A stretch of DNA of 64,000 nucleotides, taken from Klebsormidium nitens (Eukaryota > Plantae > Klebsormidiophyceae). Position numbers and translations under genes: made by a program. Positions 1 through 9,900 of this stretch are shown in pieces (the stretch's first letter is position 1; the number at the start of each line of letters is the position of its first letter). The notes beneath the pieces are model-generated. The model saw only the letters and a list, made by a program, of their open reading frames with translations. It did not search any database and was not told the DNA's origin. The stretch spans positions 1 to 64,000 of the forward strand of contig DF237379.1 of the NCBI GenBank assembly GCA_000708835.1, written 5' to 3'.

Positions 1-89
1 TAGAAGCAGGAATGGTTTCAGAACAGTTAGGAACAGGAAAGAAAGAACGGTCAAAGAGGAACGCACCTGAATAGAAAAGATGAAAGAAG

Positions 90-1159
90 CTAATGCAAGC
101 AGGCCTCGCGCTCGAACTCTCTCAATTGTGCGATCGGAATATCTTCCTGTAGGCCCAAGTTGCGGGAAACAGCCAGCTTCTGAGAAAGTTTGTCGCGGAT
201 GTAGAGGCCCATGGCGGTGTCGGAACGCCAGCGCCCGTGGCGCTTGATCAGACGGTCAGAAACCTCGTTCGTGGCCGCGCCCGTCGCGCCCCCGCGGCGG
301 CCCGAGTGGGTACCGTACAACTTAGGATCCAGCCCGAGTAAGCTAGCAGCTTCTTTGAACCAACTCAAAACAGTGTTGTAGCAAGGGGGGTTGTCCTTAA
401 GGCGATGGACGGGGACGCAAGGAAGGGTGGCGCGAATGAGAGAACCGGGGCCCGACGAGTGGTAACGGCCGACACTAAGGAGGCGCTGGATCAAAGCTAC
501 CGGGCAATAGGGACCACCAAGACGGGCGACGAAGACTGTGTCGCCAGTGCGATACTGATCCGTTTTGCTATCGGGAATGAAGATTTCCATGTGGGAAGAG
601 CCTACGAATTTGACGTGCTGCCACTGGATCGCAACGAGGTCGTCATAACGGAAGAGAGAAACGTAGCAGAGAGTGACGGAAGCAAGTTTCATCAGCTGGT
701 ACAGCGAAGCGGACGGGGAGCCCCAAAGGTCGAAAAGGCGACGAATCTGAGACGCTAGAAAGGGGCGCTTCTGGTTAAGCCCGGCGATCTTGATACGGCG
801 TGCTGCCTCGCGCGCCATCCGAACCAGGGGATGATTAGTAGGAGAAGGGAGGCCAGCAGAGGTGTGGTTAAAATAGACAGCACCGGAGAAAGTCTTAAGG
901 GGGGCAGGGGTGTTGGCGGTTCTAAGAAGTTTCATCATGTAAAGGGCTACTTGGAGGGGATTGGAGGGCAGTGCTGAGACTCCTTTTTTCTGACACCAGT
1001 CCTTGTAGCGACGCCAAGGCCCCGCGTACAGGCGATAAGTCCCCGGGGCGCGGCCCACGAGAGAGGCGTCGTGAAGATCGACTGACAGGGCAGCTAGTTC
1101 GGGATCGAAAGACTGGAGACCCGCCGCGTCCAAGTCCCAACTTTCGAAGTTAAACCAGT
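90..1159 (-). CDS. Tyrosine recombinase of the DIRS element
   Basis: Phage-integrase catalytic pattern: R in LFRYDDL, K in SKTDQY, HSGRRGG (HxxR), HGRW, MGLY. No ATG near the start; the frame is open up to a pyrimidine tract plus CGCAG at 1160. Confidence 0.9.
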
Positions 1160-1220
1160 CTGCGAAAGATAGAGAAAGAAAGAATCAGAACCGAAATAGG
1201 ACGGAGAGGGAGAAGCGTAC

Positions 1221-3259
1221 CTAAGACGTGAAGTCGCAGTCGAGGACGAAGACGTCAGAATCCGGAACACCCGTGCCCGACCACCGATCGCGCGACGCAC
1301 AGCCCGGGACCAGCGCTCCGCGAGCGGACGGAAAGAAAAGCTGCCCCCGAACGAACGGCGCAAAACCGCGTCCCGACGCGACGCTACCGCACAGCAGGGG
1401 CCACCACGGGGCAGAACGCCAGCCGAGAACGACGAGAGTTACACGAGCGCGACACGCGCGCGCGTGCCGGATGGTAGCAGCAACTAGAGTGGGAGGCGGG
1501 AAGCAGTAGTTGCGTGCTGGGGGGCCCCAATCTTGAGTAAACGCATTGGCTGCTGCTGGTCCCGGACACCAGTAGAAAGAATTGAAGCAGGGAAGCTTTT
1601 TGTTATGTTCGCTGGCGAAGCGGTCGACTGTGAACGGGCCGAAGAGCTGAGAGACGGAAGAGAAGGTCTCGGGAGACAGTCCAAAATCGTCTACATCGCG
1701 TATCTTGCTCAGGTAGTCCGCGCGCGCGTTCTGCTCTCGAGGAAGCCATTCAGGGCGAAGCTCAATGCGGTTTTCAGAGCAGAAACCGAAAAGCTCCAAA
1801 CAAATGGACTGGAGGTGGTCTTTGGCGGAGCCCCCTTTGGAGAGAATGGAGAAAACGTTCAGAGCATCGCCTCGAGCGATGACACTGCAGTCCGACAGGA
1901 GAGGTTTGAACGCACGAAGCAGACGGAGCAGGCCACTTAATTCGCGCCACGTGGAAGAAGTGATCCCGTGAACTTCGTGGGGTTCCCAAGGACCGTGAGC
2001 TTCGTGTTTGGCGGAACCGATCTCCAGATGACCTCCCCAGCCGTTGCCCCCAGCGTCATAGTAGAGAACCCGCAGGAGAGAATGCTTACGCCAGATGTCG
2101 CGGCTATGAAAAAGAGAAAGACGGGATTGCCAAAACTGGAGCTCGCTTAACGCTGCGCTGTCCAAACTGACTTTGCTATACCAGGAAGAACGGGAGTTAA
2201 GAGCCCGATGGAGGAAGCGGGAAAAAAGCCCAGAGATCGGGCCCGTAACGAGGGAGAGGGATTGAATGAGGCCGGTAACGCGAGCGACTGTTTTTGCGGG
2301 GACAGCGCGAGGAGAGCGAAGGCAAGACTGGATTGCTGAGCTGAGCTTTGCTTTCTGGATTGCGGTAAGACGAAACTGACCGAAAAGCGTGTCTACCACG
2401 AATCCGAGAAACTTGACAACGTGAGAAGAGGACAGCTGGCACTTATCAAGTGACACAACTAGACCGGCGGCAGCGAGGTCGGCGAGGACGGAGGCTTGGA
2501 CACGAGCAAACTCCACAGAATCGCGACAGGCAAAGAAGAAGTCGTCAATATAATGGACCAGCCTGTAGCCCCGCTCGCGCCAGGACTTCGTGAGTTGGCG
2601 CATCACCATGGTAAAAACGTAGCACGCCGGCGCAAGTCCGAAGGGAAGCTGCGTGAACACGTAGAACTGGCCCTGCCACTGGAAGCCAAGGTACTTCCAG
2701 TGGGGTTCGTAGATGTCAATGTGATGGTAGCCTGCTTTCAGATCGATTGTGAAGAGAAAGTCCAGAGGCTGGCAGAGATCGGAAATCATACGGATTGATT
2801 CGTACTTGAATTTGGTGATCTTCAGGAACTGGTTCAGGAAGCGGAGATCGAGTATGAGCCGCAGTTTGTCCTCAGCTTTGGGGACGACGCCTAAGGGGCT
2901 GACGAGGAAAGGTTGTTCTGAGACTGGCATGATTGTCCCCGTGACTTTGAGAGTACGAACCGCCTCGGAGACGAAGTCAGAGTGCTCGAAAGCTGAGGGA
3001 TGGTTGCGGAACAGCTGGGGCTCGAGGGGGGGACTGGAGATCCAAGGCAGTTTGTAGCCAGTAAGAAGAATTGACATAACGAAGCTAGAGGTAACAAAAG
3101 CCCGCCAAAACTGGACGTGTCGACGAAGACGGTGGCGCAGCCAGGGTTCGGGGGCCTTAGATGAAGACTTCGCAGCAGCAGCCTTTGGAGGGTCCTTAAA
3201 GCCTTCGAACTCCGCAGCATCTGTAAGGTCTGCGAGTTTGTGAAGAGATTCGCCCGTGG
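1221..3259 (-). CDS. DIRS pol: reverse transcriptase, RNase H and C-terminal DNA N6-adenine methyltransferase-like domain
   Basis: RT motifs LRLILDLRFLN, IDLKAGYHHI, LPFGLAPA, YIDDF, FLGF. RNase H motifs YDAGGNGWGG, WRELSG, RGDA, NARADYLSK. MTase-like VDRFAS...NAFTQDW...YCFPPP. The track ORF extends to 3581 only by reading through a T-rich tract. Confidence 0.92.
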
Positions 3260-4555
3260 CTGCGAAAATAGAAACAACGAGAACATAAGTAAAACAAGAA
3301 GCGGGCGAGAGCGAGAACGAGAAGAAAGAAAAATTGTCTGTCGAGAACGAGAACGAGAAGCGAAAATAATACTGAACAAGAAATAAAAAATAAAAAATAA
3401 TAATAATAATAAAATAAACGAAACAAATGAAAAACGTGGCATCAGCCAGAAGCGTAGTCATTCCCTGAAGTTCCTCAGGGAAAATCTGGCAGCATCCTTG
3501 CCAGCAGAATGCAAGGAATCGTAAGAGGAAGTCAGACGGTCCCCGAGGCTGACGTAAAAGGGGGAGGTCGGCAAGTATCACCGTCCCCGAAGGATTGGCC
3601 TATCCGGAGAAGCAGGACCAAGCTGGTGTGGTAAATCTGAAAGGAGAAAAAGATGTAGAGAAACAACAAAGTTATGGCTCACAACAACTCGTACAGCAAT
3701 GGAAGCTAGTCTCCCAGTCTGTATGATCAGTGCCACGAAAGATTCTACTGCAAGGAGAAAACGAAGATGTTAAGGATGGGAAAAGAGAGAGGTACAGAGT
3801 CGCACACAGGCTGTAAATAACATGGCATATAGTTTAGAAGAATTGTTTGTTAATTAGAAGGAAAGAGAAAGCTAAGAGCGGGAAACATTTTACAAAGGGA
3901 TCAGAAGATGGAACAGAATCGTGTGTATGAAACGAAAACAAGGACGAGAGAGAGAGAAACGAGAACGAGAGTGAGACCAAACGAAAAGAAAGAAAGGAAA
4001 ATGAAATGGAGCCAGACAGGTAAAGAAGTGGAAGGAGAAATAAAAGACAGAAAACCGAAGAAGTGAAATAACTCCAGAGATCCAGAGCGGACAAGGACTA
4101 GTGAAACCAAGTAAAAGGAAGAAAGACTGAGCATAGATCAGAGAAAACGATAGTAGCAGAAGAAAGAAGAAAAAGAAGAACTATAGAGAAAAAGAGTGGG
4201 AGTAAGACACTGCTGAAATCACGCCACAAAGAGATGCATAGATAAGATAGATGCAAGCGAACCATTATCATGGTAAACAGTTATGTTAGGATCACTTGCT
4301 AGAAAGAGTACACCAAGAAGGTTTCGCAGATATCCAATAGTTGTAGCTACAGGGGTACAAGAGAAGTGAACAGAAGTCACCTAAGAGTGAAACCAATGTC
4401 TACAACAAACTATCGTTATCGACCAAATCTTCTATTTGCAGAAACCATTACTGCCAAAGTCCTGGAGTGTACCAGATGTCCTGTGCAAATTGTCTTGCCT
4501 ACTCCATCCTGAAACTGAATTCTGCCAGAAACTGAATTCTGCTAGATGCTGGATG

Positions 4556-5548
4556 CTACGAGTAACCGCGACCAGCATTCGCTGCGGAGCTGGCTGCGAA
4601 GGGGCAGGAACCTTGGACATGTCCGATTTGACCACACGACCAGCACTGAAGGCTTGAGCTGCGGCTGCTAGAAATGTTGGCCAAGGAAGGGCGAGGGGCA
4701 TGAGGAACAGCAGGGGGAGGAAGGGCTAAGCCAGGAGCAGGGGAAGGGGAACGGTTGGTAATGGGGGGAGGCAGGTACTGGCTCTGGTAGATCGGAGAAG
4801 GAACAGGATTGGGGAGGGGAGCTGGCATGGGGGAGGGAACGAGAATTGGCTGAGGAGGGTGAAACCAACCAGGTTGGGGGGAAGGGGAACGGTTGCGGTT
4901 AAAGAAGCTGCTGCGTCCAGGGTTCTGTGGGAAGGCTGACTTTTGCTCCTTGGCAGGTTTCGCGAGTTCTTCTGAGGCTTTGCGTTTCTCCGCCAGGGAT
5001 TTCTTTGCACGGGTTGCCAGGCTGACTTCAGCAGGATCCTTGGACGCCTCCTCACGCAAAAGGACCATTTCGGATGCAACCTCCAAGCCCTCAGAATCCC
5101 AGTCCATCAAAAACTGAATGCCACCAGCCAAAGCGAGCTCACCTTCGTCACACTGGCCCCTGAGGTTCTCGATCTGGTCCTCAGACAGATGAGCCAGCGG
5201 CGAAGTACCGTCCAGATGAGCTTCGAAGGTCTGCTTCGTCTGAGAGAGTGCTTCCTGAGCCTTTTCCATCGGTTGCATGATCCTCTTGACCTCGGGGTTA
5301 GAGACACGATCTGACTTCTTTGGAGCAGACTTCGCGAGCAGCTGTGCTTGGAGGGAGTCAATCTTCTCCGATTGCTTCGCGAGAGTGGCCTCTTGTGCAG
5401 ATGCATGTGCTGAGAACTGATTGGTCATCTGCTTGAACATGGCTTCTGTACGAAGAGTTGCTTCGCGAGCCTCCTGAGCAATCCGTTCCGCAGCGCTGAG
5501 ATCTGCATTCTGACTAGGATTCTGCGAGGTCCCCTCAGGACCTGCCAT
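4556..5548 (-). CDS. gag-like ORF1 of the DIRS element
   Basis: ATG at 5548 (MAGPEG). Coiled-coil N-half, Pro-rich linker, C-terminal zinc knuckle CWSCGQIGHVQGSC (CX2CX4HX4C). Confidence 0.8.
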   Translation of the reverse strand: MAGPEGTSQNPSQNADLSAAERIAQEAREATLRTEAMFKQMTNQFSAHASAQEATLAKQSEKIDSLQAQLLAKSAPKKSDRVSNPEVKRIMQPMEKAQEALSQTKQTFEAHLDGTSPLAHLSEDQIENLRGQCDEGELALAGGIQFLMDWDSEGLEVASEMVLLREEASKDPAEVSLATRAKKSLAEKRKASEELAKPAKEQKSAFPQNPGRSSFFNRNRSPSPQPGWFHPPQPILVPSPMPAPLPNPVPSPIYQSQYLPPPITNRSPSPAPGLALPPPAVPHAPRPSLANISSSRSSSLQCWSCGQIGHVQGSCPFAASSAANAGRGYS

Positions 5549-5741
5549 GCTGAGAGATGCAGAAGGACGTTCGCAGAGAAATGAAGCGAGAAACAAGACG
5601 AAAGCTGCTGGAAAAAACTTCTAATCGTGCATGGCTGCTAGGGTTGACGGAGGAAGCAAGCTCTAATGACGGGAGAGGACAATGCACGAAGAATAAGAAG
5701 GAGAGAGGGAGAGAAGGAAAGAAGAAGACGAAGAAGGTACA

Positions 5742-5902
5742 GCAAGGAGGCGCCGCCCTCCTTGCGCTGTGACTTGAGTTGCAGAGCGACAGATTGAAGA
5801 AGCTGTCGCGATGACGCGGCTTTAAGAAGCCGCGGTCAGGGTTAGGTTAGTGCTTGTTTAGCAGAAAACCTCGGTTTTCGACTCACTACGATCGTCGAAA
5901 AC
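5742..5902. repeat. Cluster of five short inverted repeats (hairpins)
   Basis: gcaaggagg/cctccttgc (5742-5765), gcgacag/ctgtcgc (5786-5809), cgcggctt/aagccgcg (5815-5834), gaaaacc/ggttttc (5864-5879), gttttcgac/gtcgaaaac (5874-5902). Confidence 0.65.
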
Positions 5903-5914
5903 TATCAATTTTGG

Positions 5915-6410
5915 CCGCCGGACCAGGCAGACCGACCGACCGCCGGACCGCTGTATCAGGTTCTGGCTGTCGGACCAGGCAGACCGACCGACCGCCAGAC
6001 CATATGTCATGCTGTGCAACCCTGGCCGGACCGGTCCAGCGGTCGGTCGGTCCGACAGAATTTCACCCGGGCCCGCCCAACCCAAGCTGTCCACCGGTAC
6101 TGTAGTATACTGGTATACAGACGGTCGTCCGGACCAGCCAGACCGACCGAGCGTTGGACCGGGGTAAAAGCATAGGGTTCAAGGTCCCTAACCCCAATAC
6201 GTCCCGCCAAGGCCATACCCTACCCACCCTAACCGCCCAGCTAACCCCACCAAGGTCACTGGGAGGCTTACGACAAACCAAAAACCTAAGGGATAGTGAC
6301 AAACCCTAACCCTAATTCGTCCCGCCAAGGGCTCACCCGTACCCACCCTAAACCCCCCGCTAACCCCACCAAAGTCACCCGGACGGTCGGTCGGTCGGTC
6401 TGTGACCTCC
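5915..6410. repeat. Repeat block with (GACC)n motifs in both orientations, telomere-like CCCTAA units and a ~65 bp imperfect direct repeat
   Basis: ggaccaggcagaccgaccgaccgcc occurs twice (~5920, ~5972), with reverse-orientation ggtcggtcggtc at ~6042 and ~6385. aaaccctaaccctaa at 6301-6315. cgtcccgccaagg...ctaaccccaccaa.gtcac at ~6200 and ~6319. Confidence 0.65.
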
Positions 6411-6949
6411 CCCGGAGTCCAGCCAATGCCGAAAATCACCGATATAGTATGAATTAAATACACGATTAATTCAGAAAATCCCTGAAGTTCCGCCGCCGGA
6501 TCAAAAGCACCGGAATAGGAGACCGGAGCTTAAAATCTCCCTTGTGGACCCAGATTAGCGGGCCCCTGGAAAAAACCAGGCTTGAGGCCTGGGACTCCCC
6601 TAGTCCGTACACGGCAATGAAAATCAAAAGCTGGTATTCCAAGGAAAGCGGCCAGTTCGATCCGCTGCAGGCTGTCCTCTGAGCCGGCGTTCCAGTGGGT
6701 CGTGCATGAGTTGGATCCTGCATCAATCTCGTCAAACCAGATGTACGGAGTTACTCAGGGAAGGCTGATGTCAGGCTCGAAATACACGTGCACATGCATG
6801 TACTGTGGCCCGGCCTGTGCAGCTTGTGCAAGCAATCTTCCGCGCTACAGTCTTCAACCTTTCGCAGCGTCTCGATCGCGTTCGTCATTCCAGATCACGA
6901 GCGGCAATGATGTTACGGTCCTGGCTTTCCAGATAGAAGCGCCAGGGTT

Positions 6950-9900
6950 TCTGCCAGTTTGACGTTGACGCCGCTCATTGCCCAGCTTTTGAAGCATCCG
7001 AATAATCATGGTTGTTGAGTCGTGACCATTATTTGAGCAGCGAGCCAATCTGGACATACCGTCGCAGTGCCGCAGGGAGGTGATACAAGTCCGTGATTCT
7101 CATGTAGACTGAACTTCACATGACAGCCCAGCTTCCCACCGCTCTCTGAAGCGTACTTTCAGCCTCTCGAAGGTTGGAAACTGCTAGGTTTTGGTCGGCC
7201 GCTGTGGGCATCCAGAAGGGTGAGTCTTCAGTAGTTGGTCGCTTTCGGACACGTGCTTAGTCAGCAGTCGCTGCTTCGCTGAAGTGGTCAAGCAATGAGA
7301 GAACGTTTCTCGCTTCTCGCTAGAGAGACCATTTGTGAACAAAAGTACCCTGATGCTGTTTTAGCCGTCCCTGCTTTTCTTCTGCGATCATGCATGTGCA
7401 ACTCAAAGACTCGTCTGGTATGGACTCGTGCACGATCATCAGGGTTTGCAACTGTTTTGGGTTGGGTACAAAACGCGCGGCTCTCCGTGATGTCGCCCGA
7501 AAGGAAGTTTGTCTAAAACTCCTGACCCGGTTAACCGTTTCAAATCAACTTGAAGAGCAGTGAATTCGATCTTCCGCTGGATCAATTGAAAGCTTTTCAG
7601 AAACCACTTGCAGCCTTCCATAACATATGGCGCGAACGTTTGCCTTTTCAAATGGTTTGTCAAACACTTTCCCGGTTGTAAACAATCTATCAAGAGGATC
7701 ATACATAGACGTTCGCCGGTTTATATCGTCTTGCTCTTCGTTCCTCGAGTTGGGTGCGGCGGAGATCATCTATGTGTCGACGTCCGGTTGTGAAACATCA
7801 AGTCAGCGTCACAAGCTGAGCTGCCTCTTACTCAAAATTGGCGCGCCTCCGAGGTGTATACCCTCTTGACCGTATAACAGTATAATTTTGCTGTTCGTCA
7901 ACCCGTGCGAAATTTTGGAAGGATCGCGCACGTTGAGGTTTCTCTGTTACGTTTGCACCTGATCTCCTTGTTGTGGCGCCAAAGCAATTGTGGACTTGAG
8001 GCACCATGACTCCAGCCGGGAGCGAATGGCAGTCCTGCCGTTCATTATATATAGGGGCAATCGGGCGAATATCCATAGCGTGATCATTGCAGGCCCAATG
8101 CCACAGCGCCCTCCTACCCTTCTAACTGCAGAAAGAGAGTTGTTGTCGTATGTGAATCATTGAATTCTTCTGTATTCCAATTCCATCAGGGAGTCCTCTT
8201 TGCGTACGGATGGATTGTGGGCTCAACGAGTCAACTAGTAAGCATTAGCGCAGCCAAGAGCGACTGGCACTCCGGCCGCCTTCAGAACGGGGTCAGAAAT
8301 GTGCGAGGCTCGATCATCATTGCTGAGATGCTGCAGGCCTACCACGTCGGCTTTACAAGTCGGGCTTTGCATTCGCTCAAGATCAAGCTCCACCCAAACG
8401 TATCGGTTGGACGTAGCAGGCCAATGGCCTTCTTTCGTGGATTCGGTACTGTGATGCGTTTGCACTTGCAATCAGGATGAATCGTAGGCAATGTGCAAGG
8501 CGCCTAGTAGAAAGACGCGTCTAGCAGCGGTTGATGTTGATACTTTGCGACCCCGCAGATACAAGCTTTCTTCTACTTGTGCTCCGTTTAGTTTCTTCAT
8601 ACTTTCTAGAAATTTCTTGTTATGGGCGGCCAGTATGTAGGCTGTTTGGCGATACAGTGCCCGGTATATAGCGCCAATGCTCCAACAACAATCTTTATGA
8701 GCGGCCGGGTTGGCATCTTCCCAGAAACCGACCCGCCAAACCAGCGTTGGAAATTGGCACTGCAAGGGAAAGAAGCCACATATCGTGTTCAATCATTTAG
8801 TTCCTAACTTGTGTTGGGCACGCACCGCTTCTTCTCGACCCGTTAAAACGACGGTTTTGCATCGGTATCCTGCAAACATTTCATATTGAAGTGAAATTTC
8901 CTGAGTCCGTACACGTCGGCAAGGAACGAGAATGACTGGTAATGAAAAAGAAAGCACCAGAGACTTTCATCGAGTAAGTTCAGCTTTTGAGCCCGCTTGA
9001 AGGAGGGCGGTGCCTCCACTTGCCTTGTTGCAACGCCCTTTCTTCATTTTCGCCTACGAGCGGCAATGATCGGACGTTCTGCTCCTTGCTTCCGGTCGTT
9101 GTACGGAACGCCAGTACGAATCCCTCTGTTGAGTCGACTTTGATGCCCCTCATTAAGGCTTACTTCCGTTCGCGTTCAAGGGTTTGTCGACTCTATGACC
9201 ACGCTTGAGCAGCAGTGACATCTCAACAAACCGTGGGCCACGGAGTCGATACACGCCCGTGCTTGCCAAACTGGACCTTAACATTAAGGCAGTGCTTCTC
9301 GGCGCTTTCCAAGACCTAGCTCCATGGCACTCTGGGATGGAAAGCTGCCAGGCCCTGGTCGTGACGTGTTGTGGGCACCGAAATCGGTTGTGGGCTTGGT
9401 CGCTTTCGGGCCTGTTTTTCGCCAGCTTTGATCAAGTAGTCAAGCACTGATGGGAATGTTCTGGCTTCTTGAGACAGAGGCCATTAATGCTCGTGGAATC
9501 CTGACGCTGTTTACGCACTTGCCTCGGCCTCCCAAGGGTATGCATATGCACCTCGATTGGAGTAAGGAGTCAGAAGCAGCAGGATTGAAACTGGTCTGGC
9601 TTGAGTGAAAAGGAGCCTTGACCTCACAACCCCAATACGCGATACGTGGGTTGTGTCTAGAACGCCAATGCAAATACAGCATGATGCAGACACGTGAAGA
9701 ATTCGGAGTGGATCACCAGCTGGAGTGTACGTTCGAAGAACGCTTGCGGTTTACTGGAAGTTTCGCGACCAATTCGACCTCAGTAGATCCAGATGCGTTG
9801 CGCGTTTTCCTCACTTTGCACGCTCCCCCGAGTCAAATGAGATTTCTTTGAGTGCTTCTTGTCTTGGTTTCTTGGTGCCCACAATATGCTGTGCGAGGAA

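Larger units (their letters stand above)
1..5850 (-). mobile_element. DIRS-type (tyrosine recombinase) retrotransposon; 3' end runs off the window start, 5' boundary approximate
   Basis: Co-oriented gag (CCHC knuckle), RT-RNase H-MTase-like and tyrosine recombinase ORFs in canonical DIRS order. No integrase or protease motif seen. Terminal repeats cannot be verified because the 3' end is outside the window. Confidence 0.9.

Noticed and set aside
3260-3440. Hydrophobic Phe/Ile-rich stretch in the 786 aa ORF read as a transmembrane domain of pol
   Set aside because: It is the translation of a T-rich low-complexity tract ending in an acceptor-like CGCAG; more likely non-coding.
4511-4542. 17 bp-period tandem duplication (gaaactgaattctgc twice) just downstream of gag
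   Set aside because: Real, but only two copies in a spacer; consistent with slippage and no evidence of function.
5884-5888. CACTA pentamer as the terminus of an En/Spm element
   Set aside because: No matching inverted terminus found; the TAGTG at ~6295 shares only the pentamer. The CACTA lies in a hairpin loop.
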